DNA of 64,000 nucleotides from an uncultured Phycisphaerales bacterium (lineage in GTDB: Bacteria; Planctomycetota; Phycisphaerae; Tepidisphaerales; Tepidisphaeraceae): the NCBI GenBank assembly GCA_963755915.1, contig CAVWLP010000003.1, positions 320,001 through 384,000 of the forward strand, written 5' to 3'. Positions 51,483 to 62,309 of the stretch are shown here, piece after piece. Positions within the stretch are counted from its first letter, which is position 1. Every line of letters begins with the position of its first letter. The position numbers and the translations under genes were made by a program. The notes under the pieces were generated by a model. The model was given only the letters and a program-made list of their open reading frames with translations. It ran no database searches and had not been told where the DNA came from.

Positions 51483-53021
51483 ATGAACGAAACGAAAGTT
51501 TCCAGTACGTCCGGCGGCTACGCCGAAACCGTCAAGAACACACACACGAAACTCAAACATAACGCGCTGAACTTCTGGGAGGTGAGCGCCCAGGCCATCG
51601 CCCTGATATCCCCGAGCATGACCGCGGCGCTGATCGTGCCGCTGATGTTCGCCACATCGGGCACCGCCGGCTGGCTTTGCTATCTCTTCGGCACCGTCAT
51701 GCTCCTCTTCGTCGCCATCAGCCTCAACCAGTTCGCCAAGCGATACACCTCCGCCGGCAGCATGTACGAATACACTGTCAAGGGCCTCGGCCCCAAGGTG
51801 GGCGGCGTCTCTGGATGGTCCCTCATCTTCGCTTACATGTTCATCGGAATCGCCGGCGTCACCGGCTTCACCCACTTCGCCTCCATGCTCCTCACCCAGG
51901 CCGGCGCAACCGGTTGGCTCTCCCACCCCTGGATCACCCTCTTCGCCATCTGCGTCTTCTCCTCCTGGTTCCTTGCCTATAAAGACATCACCTTCTCAAC
52001 CCTCCTGATGCTCATCCTCGAGGGCGCATCGGTCACCGTGATCATGCTTCTCGCCATCGTCGCCATCTTCAAAACCGGCGCGGTTGATACCGCCCAGCTC
52101 CACCCTATGGCCGGCCACGGCCTCTCCGACATCGGCCTCGGCGTGGTGGTCGCCATCTTCAGTCTCGTCGGCTTCGAATGCGCCACCGCCTTCGGTGAAG
52201 AAGCAAAAAAGCCCCTGGTAACCATCCCCCGCGCCGTCATCGCCAGCCTCCTCATCACCGGCGCCTTCTTCGTCTTCATCACCTACGTCGAAACCCACGC
52301 CCTCGCCAACAACAATCCCACGCTCGACCAGCTCACCGCCCCACTGACCACCCTCAGCCAAAACCTCGGCATGGGCTGGATGGGCATCGTGATTGAGTTC
52401 GGCGCAATGTTCAGCTTCTTCGCCCTGGCAATGTCCTGCCTCAACGCCGGTTCGCGAATCATCTTCAGCATGGCACGCTACGGAATCTTCCCCATCTCAA
52501 TGGGCAGCAGCCACAAGCATAACCTGACGCCCCACTTCGCTCTGGCGATCTTCGCCGTAATTCAATTCCTGATTCCCACGGCTTTCATGCTTATCGCCTA
52601 CGCCGGCGGGTGGCAGGCCGACGGCATCTGCATTCCCTACGACGCCTTCAACGCCGCCGGACTCTTCGGCGCAATGGGCTTCAGCGGCGCCTACGTTCTG
52701 ATCTCCCTCGCCACCCCCTTCTACCTCCACAAGATCGGCGAGCTGAAAGCCTGGCACATCGTCGTCTGCGTCCTCGCCGAACTCCTCCTCATCGTCCCCA
52801 TCGTCGGCCTCGTCTATCCGGTGCCCCCCTTCCCCGCCAATGTTCAGCCCTACGTCTACGGCGGCTACCTCGTCATCGGCATCATCCTCGTCCTGATCCG
52901 CAGCCGCAGCGGCAAGGAAATCGACGAGATCCGCAAAGTCCTCGACGTCTCCACCGCCGTACCGGCCAAGCCCCTCGACGACGCCGCCATGCCCGCGGAT
53001 GGATCGCCGGCCATCGCATGA
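51483..53021 (+). CDS. APC-family amino acid/polyamine permease
   Basis: About 12 TM; SAGSMYEY, SLVGFECATAFGEEAK, SRIIFSMAR. Confidence 0.9.
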   Translation: MNETKVSSTSGGYAETVKNTHTKLKHNALNFWEVSAQAIALISPSMTAALIVPLMFATSGTAGWLCYLFGTVMLLFVAISLNQFAKRYTSAGSMYEYTVKGLGPKVGGVSGWSLIFAYMFIGIAGVTGFTHFASMLLTQAGATGWLSHPWITLFAICVFSSWFLAYKDITFSTLLMLILEGASVTVIMLLAIVAIFKTGAVDTAQLHPMAGHGLSDIGLGVVVAIFSLVGFECATAFGEEAKKPLVTIPRAVIASLLITGAFFVFITYVETHALANNNPTLDQLTAPLTTLSQNLGMGWMGIVIEFGAMFSFFALAMSCLNAGSRIIFSMARYGIFPISMGSSHKHNLTPHFALAIFAVIQFLIPTAFMLIAYAGGWQADGICIPYDAFNAAGLFGAMGFSGAYVLISLATPFYLHKIGELKAWHIVVCVLAELLLIVPIVGLVYPVPPFPANVQPYVYGGYLVIGIILVLIRSRSGKEIDEIRKVLDVSTAVPAKPLDDAAMPADGSPAIA

Positions 53022-53026
53022 TGTTG

Positions 53027-53063
53027 AATTCAATCTCAAATCTCGAATTTGAAATTTGAGATT
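53027..53063. repeat. Heptamer inverted repeat between convergent genes (possible bidirectional terminator)
   Basis: AATCTCAAATCTC-gaattt-GAAATTTGAGATT. Confidence 0.5.
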
Positions 53064-53135
53064 TCCGGCCGTCTCGGCCGACGCGCGATCAAGGCAAATG
53101 GACGCGCTCGGCCGAGACGGGGAGAGTGACAAAAA

Positions 53136-55409
53136 TCACTCCCCCCATCCCGCCCACGCCGTCCGCAACACCGCTTCGACGTTCCGCGCAAACCGTTTCG
53201 CATCGCACAGCGGCGACGCCACCATCCGCGCCCGCAGATTTCTCCGCACCTCCGCAAGCCGCGGCAAATCCCCCGCCGTCTTCACCGCGATCTCCACAAA
53301 TTCCTCCTCCGTTCCCGCCGCCAATTCCCCCATCCCCAGATTGCTCAACTGGCTAAACCCCGCCCGCCCCACCGTGGTCTTCCCAACCAGCGTCACAATC
53401 GGCACCCCCATCCACAGCGACTCCAATCCCGTCGAGTGGCTGTTATACGGAAACGTGTCCAGCCCAAGATCGATCCGGCCAAACAGCCGCAAATACTCCG
53501 CCCTCGCCCGTCTCCCCGCAAACTCAATCCGCGACCCTTCAACCCCCCACTCCGCGAATCTTCCCAGGATTCTTTCCCGTACCTCCCCTTGAAGCGCCAA
53601 CATCAACAGCCGCGAATTCGGCACCCGCCCCAAAACCTTCCCCCACAGCTCCAGCGCCTGCTCGTTCATTTTGAACGGCACATTCAGACTCCCAAACGTC
53701 ACATACCCCGCCCGCAACGCCGGCAATTCGTTCACCTCATACCCGTGCGCCACCTCCATTGCCTCCGGATCAAAACACCAGAAACTATCCGCCACCCGCA
53801 GCACCCGCTCTGAACCACCCTTCTCTTCTCTTTCCCCCGGATCCAAATATGGATCGCTGATCCGGTAATCGATCGTCTTCAATCCCGTCCCCCCCGGGTA
53901 CCCCGCAAAGGTCATCTGCACTGGCGCCGGCTTACGTGCAAAGACCAGCAGCCGATGGTTAACCGTATGCAGCGCCAGATCGATCAGAACATCAATCCGA
54001 TCCTCCCGAATCCGCTGCGCCGCCGCCGCATCGCTCATCTCCCCGATCTCAACCCAATGCTCCGCATACGATTTAAATTTCTCCGTCATCACCCCCGGCC
54101 CCGCATGGTTCGAGTAACAAAAAACTTCGAATTCCCCACGATCATGCTCACGGATCAGCGGCAGCACGTTTCGCCCCACAACATGGGCACTAAAATCCGC
54201 CGAAACATACCCGATCCTCAGCCGCCGATTCGCGTCTCGATTGTTGACATGCGGAACGATCGCCGATCGCAGCGGCTGCGCATATCGCTCGTCCCAATCC
54301 GACTCCAGCCGCCGAATCGAATCGGCATCCATACCCGGATGATAAAAAGAGGTAAGAATCAAGCTGCTGCCAATGTACGGATCTTTCGGGTCAAGCTCCT
54401 GAGCCCGCGAAAACGCCGCCATCGCCTGATCAAATTCTCCCAAATCGCGCAACGCCAGCCCCAGCCCATGATGATTATTCGCGGATCCGGGCGCCAGCGC
54501 GACGGCCTTCCGACACGCCTCCACCGCCTCGTCACACCGGTCCAGCGTCGACAGAATTCTCCCCAGCGTCGCCAGCAGATCGGCATCGTCAGGCTGAATC
54601 TCGACCGCCTTCTGCAATTGTTCCAGCGCCTCTTCCCGCTTCCCCTCTTCAAGCAGCAGCCCGCCCAGATGCCCGCGGGCGACGGCCGAATTCGGCTCCA
54701 TCGCCACCACCTTCCTGAACTGCTCAATCGCTTCCCCTCTTTGTCCCGCCTTCGCAAGCGCCCCACCCAGGTTCATCAAAATCACCGGCGACTGAAGATT
54801 GGCCGATGCCTTACGATACGCCGCGATTGCCCCCTCCCGATTCCCCAGTTTCAACAGCACGCTTCCATAGTTCGTGAGAATCTCCGCCGACTCCGGCAAC
54901 TGCGCCACCGCCTTTTCGTAAATCGCCCGCGCCCCTTCGAGATCCCCCTTCTGAACCCGGAGCTGGGCCAAACCAATCCACGCATCCCGCCGCCGCGGCT
55001 GGACCTTCAGCGATTTCTCATATTCCGCCGCCGCTTCCTCCCCGCGCCCGATCTGCGAAAGCAGCGTCGCCGCCCCCAGATATGCATCACTATCCTCAGG
55101 CCGAAGCCGCGCCGCCGCGCGATACGAATCGACCGCTTCCTGCGTCTTTCCCGACGCCGCAAGCACTCGCGCGAGGTTCTTATGAAAGTCCGGCACGTCC
55201 GGCGCAAAAACGATCGCCCGCCGGATCAGTTGTTCCGCCGACGCGTTGTCCCCGCGCTGATGGAAAACCAATCCCAGCAGGTGCAGAACCACGGGATCAC
55301 CCGGCCGCTGCGCGAGGATATCGCGGTAAATCCGCTCCGCTTCGGCAAGCTGTCCCCCCTGATGCAGCTTTACTGCGCCGGCAAGCCTCGGATCGGCGGC
55401 GGGGATCAT
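53136..55409 (-). CDS. TPR-containing O-GlcNAc transferase-like protein (GT41/SPINDLY family)
   Basis: About 10 TPRs; RLRIGYVSADF, DVLIDLALHT, KPAPVQ, GYPGGTG, LDTFPYN, LWMGVP. Confidence 0.92.
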   Translation of the reverse strand: MIPAADPRLAGAVKLHQGGQLAEAERIYRDILAQRPGDPVVLHLLGLVFHQRGDNASAEQLIRRAIVFAPDVPDFHKNLARVLAASGKTQEAVDSYRAAARLRPEDSDAYLGAATLLSQIGRGEEAAAEYEKSLKVQPRRRDAWIGLAQLRVQKGDLEGARAIYEKAVAQLPESAEILTNYGSVLLKLGNREGAIAAYRKASANLQSPVILMNLGGALAKAGQRGEAIEQFRKVVAMEPNSAVARGHLGGLLLEEGKREEALEQLQKAVEIQPDDADLLATLGRILSTLDRCDEAVEACRKAVALAPGSANNHHGLGLALRDLGEFDQAMAAFSRAQELDPKDPYIGSSLILTSFYHPGMDADSIRRLESDWDERYAQPLRSAIVPHVNNRDANRRLRIGYVSADFSAHVVGRNVLPLIREHDRGEFEVFCYSNHAGPGVMTEKFKSYAEHWVEIGEMSDAAAAQRIREDRIDVLIDLALHTVNHRLLVFARKPAPVQMTFAGYPGGTGLKTIDYRISDPYLDPGEREEKGGSERVLRVADSFWCFDPEAMEVAHGYEVNELPALRAGYVTFGSLNVPFKMNEQALELWGKVLGRVPNSRLLMLALQGEVRERILGRFAEWGVEGSRIEFAGRRARAEYLRLFGRIDLGLDTFPYNSHSTGLESLWMGVPIVTLVGKTTVGRAGFSQLSNLGMGELAAGTEEEFVEIAVKTAGDLPRLAEVRRNLRARMVASPLCDAKRFARNVEAVLRTAWAGWGE

Positions 55410-55522
55410 CTCGGTCCTTCTTTCTCAATTGCGCCTTTGATGCGCACATCAAATTCAATGTTGTATGGCCTGTGCGATGATATAATGCATCCAGCAGCTT
55501 GCGAAATCCGGGAGACAACATA

Positions 55523-55825
55523 GTGATTGCCAATGCACCGCTCATAAAAAACGTGAAGCCCGTGGCTCCGGAATTGTTGTCCGGCGATCTGATCCGCCAG
55601 GGCCATCCCTTCTTTGGGATCATCTGGATCAACCCCGAGAGACTCAGCGGCGCGCCGTGTTTCTATGGAACGCGGGTTCCAATTAGAAATCTTTTTGATT
55701 ACATTGAGGGCGGATCGACGCTGAATGAATTCGTTGAAGGCTTTCCCGGCGTCAGCCATGAGCAGGCTGTCGCCGTGCTGGAAATCGCCCGATCGGGTTT
55801 GCTGGCGAAACTTCCCAGACGATGA
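55523..55825 (+). CDS. DUF433 antitoxin-like protein
   Basis: NPERLSGAPCFYGTRVPI...EFVEGFPGVS. Confidence 0.88.
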   Translation: MIANAPLIKNVKPVAPELLSGDLIRQGHPFFGIIWINPERLSGAPCFYGTRVPIRNLFDYIEGGSTLNEFVEGFPGVSHEQAVAVLEIARSGLLAKLPRR

Positions 55826-56175
55826 AGATCCTGCTTGACCATTGTATTGATTGGCGACTTAAGGGGTCGCTGCCAAAGCACAAGGTCAACTCGGCACAGG
55901 AAATGGGTTGGGAGGGACTGAAAAACCGAAAACTCCTCAGCACTGCCGCAACGGACTTCGACGTGATGATCACTGTCGATCAGAGCATCAAACATCAGCA
56001 AAACATCGATCGCCTGCCCATTGCAGTGCTGGCTCTGATCGCCCATTCGAACCGGCTTGAAGATGTTAAGAGACTCATACCCATGATTGAGGCTTGCCTG
56101 CCAAACCTAAAGAAGGGATCACTCGTCCAAATCGATGCGGCTCTGAACGCAGTTGTCATAGCGCCTGGGCGTTAG
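55822..56175 (+). CDS. DUF5615/PIN-like toxin (partner of DUF433)
   Basis: ATGA overlap; MKILLDHCI, MGWEGLKN, FDVMITVDQ, QQN. Confidence 0.85.
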   Translation: MKILLDHCIDWRLKGSLPKHKVNSAQEMGWEGLKNRKLLSTAATDFDVMITVDQSIKHQQNIDRLPIAVLALIAHSNRLEDVKRLIPMIEACLPNLKKGSLVQIDAALNAVVIAPGR

Positions 56176-56304
56176 GACCGCGAGCAGTTCTTTTGGCTCC
56201 GCGGAAAATCGAGTGACCCGCCCCGCCGCTTAAAAATATGTTTGACATTACCGCCGCGACAAAGACGATGTCGGGTTGCCCGTCATTAGGAAGGCAGGTA
56301 ACCC

Positions 56305-56772
56305 ATGGGTAAATTATTGCAATCGGGAGCAGCCGCTCCGGATTTCACGCTTCCGGTAACCCCCGACCAGAAACTTTCCCTCCGCGAGCTGCGCGGCAGA
56401 CCCGTCATTCTTGCTTTTTATCCGGCCGATTGGAGCCCCGTTTGCGGCGACCAGATGTCCCTCTACAACGAAATTCTGTCCGAGTTCAAAAAGCACAACG
56501 CCGAGCTCCTGGGCATTTCCGTCGACGGCGTCTGGTGCCACGACGCCTTCTCCAAGGACCGCCATCTTCATTTTCCGCTCCTGGCTGATTTCGAGCCCAA
56601 AGGCCTGGTCGCCCGGTCGTATGGGGCCTATCGCGAGCCGGAAGGCGAATGCGAGCGAGCCCTTTTCGTCATCGACGCGCAGGGCCAGATCGCCTGGAGC
56701 TATCGCTCTCCCGTGGCCGTCAATCCCGGAGCCGACGGAATCCTAAGTGCCTTGGAATCCCTCAAAAAGTAA
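56305..56772 (+). CDS. Peroxiredoxin (AhpC/TSA family)
   Basis: APDFTL, AFYPADWSPVC, GISVD, PLLADF, ERALFVID. Confidence 0.92.
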   Translation: MGKLLQSGAAAPDFTLPVTPDQKLSLRELRGRPVILAFYPADWSPVCGDQMSLYNEILSEFKKHNAELLGISVDGVWCHDAFSKDRHLHFPLLADFEPKGLVARSYGAYREPEGECERALFVIDAQGQIAWSYRSPVAVNPGADGILSALESLKK

Positions 56773-56784
56773 GGAACCCTAGCC

Positions 56785-57309
56785 ATGCTGACCATCCCCG
56801 TTGGACCCGACGATCACTTTCAGGGCGACCCCAAAGCCACCGTGGTGCTCGTCGAATACGGCGACTACGAATGCCCGCATTGCGGCAGGGCATACCCAAT
56901 CGTGAAGCGCGTCCAGAAACATCTCGGCCCGAAGCTGAAGTTTGTCTTCCGAAATTTCCCCTTGAACGAGATCCATCCCAACGCCGAGATCGCCGCCGAG
57001 ACGGCGGAGTTCGCCGGCGCAGGCGGAAAATTTTGGGAAATGCACGATGCGATCTTTGATCACCAGCAATCCCTCAGCGAGGACGTTCTCGTCGAACTGG
57101 CGGGAAAATTCCACCTGCCCAAGCAGGGCTTAGCCGAAGCCCTTGAGGAAGGCACGTTTCGCGAGCGCGTCCGAGCCGATTTCATCGGCGGCGTCCGCAG
57201 CGGCGTCAACGGAACCCCAACTTTCTTCATCAACGGCGAGCGACACGAAGGCCCGTTCGATTACGAAACGCTGGTGGCCGCCATCGAATCGCGCCTCAAG
57301 CCCGCATGA
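56785..57309 (+). CDS. DsbA-family thioredoxin-fold protein
   Basis: EYGDYECPHC, FRNFPL, KFWEMHD, GVNGTPTFFING. Confidence 0.92.
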   Translation: MLTIPVGPDDHFQGDPKATVVLVEYGDYECPHCGRAYPIVKRVQKHLGPKLKFVFRNFPLNEIHPNAEIAAETAEFAGAGGKFWEMHDAIFDHQQSLSEDVLVELAGKFHLPKQGLAEALEEGTFRERVRADFIGGVRSGVNGTPTFFINGERHEGPFDYETLVAAIESRLKPA

Positions 57310-57470
57310 TTTTTGTCTCTTGCCAGGCAAAACCTGCAAAATCGAAACTCGAATCCCGTCGCGCCGGGAGAAATTCGAAATTCGAATTTCCCCTAAGCGA
57401 AATCAGAATGCTGAATTCTCGCTAAAATTGGTGTAGAATTGGGGAGGCAGTAAAAAAAAGAAGAAGCCCC

Positions 57471-57806
57471 ATGACGATTCCTGTCGAACAACTTGGCGAG
57501 CGGCTTACCAAGGCCTTAGAGACACAACAGCAAAACGAGGCCATTGAGCTGACCAAAAACGACGACATCGTCGCCTGGGTCGTGCCGGTGCCGCAAAAAA
57601 TAAACGATAATTCACAGGGGGAAATCGTTTTCTCCGTGGAACAACCATCCGGACGCCGACTGACGGTGCACGTTGAGATTAAGTTAGACTCTTCCAGAAC
57701 TGATAAAAGTACTTCCATTCCTGTATTCGGCGCCGGCCGCGGAACACTTTCGATCGTCAGCGAGGATGAGGAGCATTTGAATGACTTCCAGGAGTACATG
57801 AAGTGA
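57471..57806 (+). CDS. Putative Phd/YefM-like antitoxin
   Basis: IELTK...VAWVVP N-terminus, PVFGAGRG...DFQEYM C-terminus; GTGA overlap with a PIN-like start. Confidence 0.6.
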   Translation: MTIPVEQLGERLTKALETQQQNEAIELTKNDDIVAWVVPVPQKINDNSQGEIVFSVEQPSGRRLTVHVEIKLDSSRTDKSTSIPVFGAGRGTLSIVSEDEEHLNDFQEYMK

Positions 57807-57976
57807 ATCTTCTCCTGGATACGCAGGCGTGGCTGTGGTTTCATCTCGGAAATGCGCGGTTGAGGCAGAAAGCGAAACCCGGACCTGTCCTGTCTTCCGA
57901 ATTTGATTTAGCAGAGCGGCGGCGTACGGTAGTGAAATGCTGCAGACGGTGCATGGCAGGCTCGGGTCCAACATAA
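57803..57976 (+). pseudogene. Truncated VapC/PIN toxin
   Basis: MNLLLDTQAWLWFHLGNARL is a typical PIN N-terminus; resemblance ends after about 24 codons and the frame stops at codon 58. Confidence 0.7.
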
Positions 57977-58761
57977 TTGCGCCGAGCGGATCGATCGACC
58001 TCTACGTTTTCATTGATGCCGGTGGGCGCAAGTCTGAAACGTGTCTGGGGCGGCGTCGCCTGCCTAAACGCGAACGAGGTTTCGTGGATTGATACTGAGC
58101 TCTCCCGACTCCGCTCGCTTCTTCCTGGTTCGCTTACTCAGAGCGGCGAACTAAAAGGCAAGGACGTTCCGACACAACTCGCTCAGGAGATCGGCCGTAG
58201 AATCCGTCAGCAGGACCGTAGGATTCTCTTTTGGGCGAACTTGTATCCTGAGTTTGATGGGCCGGAGTTGATCGAACTGAGGCGCAGCTTTCGGAGTTCC
58301 TGCAGAATTTGCGTCCTGATCCCAACAATCTTGAGCGTTCGGAAATTGAAGCATGGCATGCAGACATGCGGGATTACTTCGATCGACTTCGGGAGATCAA
58401 CGGCCACAAAGTCATCTCAATAGTGGGGCAAATGATTTGGTTGTGTAACGAAATTAAGAGGGTAAAACTTGGACCTCAACTTCGCTCGGCGCGTGTGCTA
58501 ATTGACGAAGAGAATCTGCCCACTTCGGGGCGCACCAACCGATTCATAACTGGGTTTGTCGCGGCAGGTCTCCAGCACGCGGGAATGTCCTTTCGCCGGA
58601 CCGGCGGCTGCTTCAGGCGTATAAATACTGGCGGGTGTCATGTGAGTGTGGACGCATCCGCGAAATCTGATGAGCATTCCGGACTTCAGTATGTAGACAT
58701 TCTGCTCCAAGTCGTCCAGCGGCAACTGCCCGGATTCGCGACGAAGAAAAACGGAACGTAA
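57937..58761 (+). CDS. DUF3800-like protein, two frameshifts (about 58040 and 58290)
   Basis: LYVFIDAGG, GELKG, VLIDE, KSDEHSGLQYVD distributed over three frames. Confidence 0.55.
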
Positions 58762-59005
58762 ATCTAGCGAAAAGAACGAATGGATCGGTCTACGGACGAA
58801 CCGTCGGCTACTTTACACTGCTCCATTCAGATCACCTTCCGAAGGTCTCGGTCGGCACCGGAGCCCCGCGTTTTTAGGCAGAGTCTTGGAGCTGAAAGAT
58901 CTCGACTGTCTACAGAACGGTGGTCCTACTATCGGAAGAACACTCGCTCCATCACCGATTGGCCAATGGGTGATGCTCCTATTCGTTTCAGTAAAACGCT
59001 AGCAA

Positions 59006-60145
59006 TTAGAGGGCTGGTAGTGTTCCTTCCTCGGCGAATTTAGACACGCGAATTACGGAAAACACCACGGCGGAAACCGCCAATTGCTTGGCTGTGTCAT
59101 TATAAAGATTAAGAGCGTCATCGATTACGTGCGCAGATTGTTCCTTAGCCTGACAGTAAGATAGCACGCGATGCCGATTCGCTCGGCGCGAGTGCCAGCC
59201 CCAGTCATCGCGCAGACAATCGTCTATCAACCAATTTAGCGCTGTGACGTTCTCCATCTGGCCTGGAAACTGGGCGCTAAATCGCACCCTGGTACTCTCG
59301 TACGCTGCGGCCGCGGCAGGGTTGTATGCGAGCATCGCGCACATTCTCTGATCCAACTGACCCTGAACCTGATTTTGCCATCGTCTCATAGAGCTTTCCA
59401 AAACCAAGACCAGGTCGCCGAGCGCCTGCATACGAAGGTGACGACTTGCAGTGTTGTCCGGTATGACCTGCAGGGCGGCAAAGCGCTGCAGGCTTACAAC
59501 TATTTGCAGCGCATCGGTCAACCTTCTTGACGCCCAATCCAAAACACTGATGTACTCTGATTTTGAAAGGGCAATTCCCGTCAATTCGCCGTAGGCGGTT
59601 CCCCAGACATTGGCGCTCGCGAGCCACGCGCATAAGGGGTCGACTAGTATTTTCGAAGATAATTCATTTGCGCCCACTAATACGCAATGCGCAGGCCCGC
59701 GCCCGGAAGCCTCATCCTCTATACCGGCCTCCGCTATAAAAGTTACGGCCCTCTCGAAGTCACCTGCGGCGAAGAACGCCAACCCCACGTTAAATATCGG
59801 CGCACCCTTATGAATTCTCCTTCCCGCCGCAACCTCGGTCTCCCGCGTTTTCTGCGCCAGTTGGCCTAGCCAAAGCGCGACGCTCCTCTGTGGAATTAAT
59901 CTATCACAGCAGAAGACAACGTACCAATTGAACGGCTGGAATATGTCATCGTCACTTCCTTGAAATGCGCCCGTAGACCACATTAGTAGATTTTCTGCGA
60001 CCAATCCGGCGACTTGTTCCTCAAGGCACTCGATCCAGCATTCCACCCTTTCCTGGGCCTCATCAACCGAGGTGAAGGATTCTGAATTTTTCCAAGCCTC
60101 CGGGTCCGCCGACTGCGACCCGCTGCCTTCATAACTATTGGACAT
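59006..60145 (-). CDS. Hypothetical protein in low-GC islet (C-terminus may contain indels)
   Basis: 379-aa ORF with atypical codon usage; no family recognised. Confidence 0.6.
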   Translation of the reverse strand: MSNSYEGSGSQSADPEAWKNSESFTSVDEAQERVECWIECLEEQVAGLVAENLLMWSTGAFQGSDDDIFQPFNWYVVFCCDRLIPQRSVALWLGQLAQKTRETEVAAGRRIHKGAPIFNVGLAFFAAGDFERAVTFIAEAGIEDEASGRGPAHCVLVGANELSSKILVDPLCAWLASANVWGTAYGELTGIALSKSEYISVLDWASRRLTDALQIVVSLQRFAALQVIPDNTASRHLRMQALGDLVLVLESSMRRWQNQVQGQLDQRMCAMLAYNPAAAAAYESTRVRFSAQFPGQMENVTALNWLIDDCLRDDWGWHSRRANRHRVLSYCQAKEQSAHVIDDALNLYNDTAKQLAVSAVVFSVIRVSKFAEEGTLPAL

Positions 60146-60455
60146 TACAGCTCCAGTTCGATTTCTAGATCATAGCACCTAGCTGGTCAAATCTAGCCCA
60201 AACCTTGCTGACCAGCGTCCCCATTGACCATTCGTTAAAATTCCATCTATTCGGGGCGGCATGACAATGAACCCTTGCCTCTCCCTCCGATCAACTTCCT
60301 CTTCGCGATTAATCAATCATTGGCATCCTTTGTGGACAATTTAGAACAAAAATGCGCGATTTAGCCATACCCAGATTGCCCATCTTACCCAGCTTGTTGC
60401 GGACTGTTACCTTTTGTACCCAATGCCCTGGCGCCAAAAAAATCATCGGAACACC

Positions 60456-60501
60456 CCTTCACACTTTCATACGTTCACACTTTTCACACCTTCACACTTT
60501 C
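60456..60501. repeat. Degenerate short tandem repeat (TTCACAC core, 5 units)
   Basis: ccttcacac tttcatac gttcacac ttttcacac cttcacac upstream of the aldo/keto reductase. Confidence 0.6.
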
Positions 60502-60528
60502 CCACCCGAATAGTAGCATCCCCCCTCC

Positions 60529-61513
60529 ATGACCTACGTCCGTCTCGGCAACACCGGCCTAAAAGTCTCCCGAATCTGCCTCGGCTGCATGAGCTACGGA
60601 ATCCCCGAGCGCGGCAACCACCCCTGGACCCTCGGCGAAGAACAAACCCGCCCCTTCATCAAAAAAGCCCTCGACCTCGGCATCAACTTCTTCGACACCG
60701 CCAACGTCTATTCCGACGGCACCAGCGAAGAAATCGTCGGCAAGCTCCTCAAGGAAATGTCCCCGCGCCATTCGATCGTCCTGGCGACGAAGGTTCATGG
60801 CCGGATGCATCCCGATGCCAACGGCGCGGGCCTCGGCCGCAAGGCGATCATGCAGGAGATCGACGCAAGCCTGAAGCGGCTCCAGATGGATTATGTCGAT
60901 CTCTACCAGACGCACCGCTGGGATTACGAAACCCCCATCGAGGAGACGCTAGAGGCCCTGCACGACGTGGTGAAAGCCGGCAAGGCGCGCTACATCGGCG
61001 CCAGCAGCATGTTCGCCTGGCAGTTCGCCAAGGCGCTTTACCTTGCCGACCAGCACGGCTGGACGCGCTTCGTCTCGATGCAGAACCATTACAACCTGAT
61101 CTATCGCGAAGAAGAGCGCGAGATGATGAAGCTCTGCGCCGATCAGGGCGTCGGCGTAATCCCCTGGAGCCCCCTGGCGCACGGCCGCCTGACCCGCCCC
61201 TGGGCCCTGCGCTCAATCCGATCGCGCCGGCAAAGACGAATTCGGCAAAGGTTTGTATGCAAAATCGGAGGAGTCCGATCGCCACGTCGTCGATGCCGTC
61301 GAGCAGGTCGCGAAAAACCGCGGCGCACGAATGTCGCAGATCGCGCTGGCGTGGCACTTTGCCAAGGGATATATAACGTCGCCGATCATCGGCGCGACTA
61401 AGCCCAATCATCTCGACGACGCCATCGCGGCCGAGCCGTTGAAATTGACGGATGAAGAAGTGGCGGCAGTGGAGAAGCCATACGAGCCGCACGGGGTTCA
61501 GGGGTTTTCATGA
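60529..61513 (+). CDS. Aldo/keto reductase, frameshift near 61210
   Basis: LGNTGLKVSRICLGCM, FFDTANVY, LATK, DYVDLYQTHRWD, MQNHYNL, WSPLA; PIIGATK in second frame. Confidence 0.92.
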
Positions 61514-61521
61514 GGAGCGAA

Positions 61522-62289
61522 ATGAACCGGATTTTTGTTCGTCTGTTTGTCGGATTAGGGGTTCTGGCATTTTTTGGCGGCATGGCTCTGGCGGACGCGC
61601 CGCCTGCCACGATGCCCAGCGCGGTGACGCCGAAGCCAGCGCCTGGCCCGCGCACGCCGGACAGCGCGCTGACGCCGAAGATCAAGGATCCCAATCGGCA
61701 TGCGCAGTTTCTTTACCGGATCAAGGAGGGACCAATTGGCGTGCTGTTCATGGGAGACTCGATCACCGATTTCTGGCCGCGGGTGGGAGAATATAGCTGG
61801 CTGAAGTTTGCCCCCTATCAACCGGCCGATTTTGGAGTCAGCGGCGACGCCACGGAAAACGTCATCTGGCGGATCACCAACGGAGAGCTCGACGGAATTA
61901 ATCCGAAAGTTGTCGTGCTGATGATCGGCACCAACAACATCGGCCACAATCCACCGGACCAGCCGGAGTGGGCGGCGGCCGGAGTTGTGAAGATTGTGCA
62001 GATCTTCCGCGAGAAACTGCCGGATTCGAAAATCCTTCTGCTGGCGGTCTTTCCGCGCGATACGCCCGGGAGCATTCGCCGAAATGCGGTGGACACGATC
62101 AATGGGATCATTTCCAAGCTCGACGATGGAAAGATGGTCCGCTACCTCGACATCGGCCACGTTTTTCTCGACGACAGCGGCAACATCCCACATGACATTA
62201 TGGCCGATCGGCTGCACCCCACCGCCAAGGGGTATGACATTTGGTACGGGGCGATGCAGCCGACGCTGGACGAGATGATGAAGCCATAG
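61522..62289 (+). CDS. Secreted GDSL/SGNH esterase
   Basis: Signal peptide; FMGDSIT, GVSGD, MIGTNN, DRLHP. Confidence 0.9.
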   Translation: MNRIFVRLFVGLGVLAFFGGMALADAPPATMPSAVTPKPAPGPRTPDSALTPKIKDPNRHAQFLYRIKEGPIGVLFMGDSITDFWPRVGEYSWLKFAPYQPADFGVSGDATENVIWRITNGELDGINPKVVVLMIGTNNIGHNPPDQPEWAAAGVVKIVQIFREKLPDSKILLLAVFPRDTPGSIRRNAVDTINGIISKLDDGKMVRYLDIGHVFLDDSGNIPHDIMADRLHPTAKGYDIWYGAMQPTLDEMMKP

Positions 62290-62309
62290 AGCCAGGCAAT
62301 AGCGCCTGG

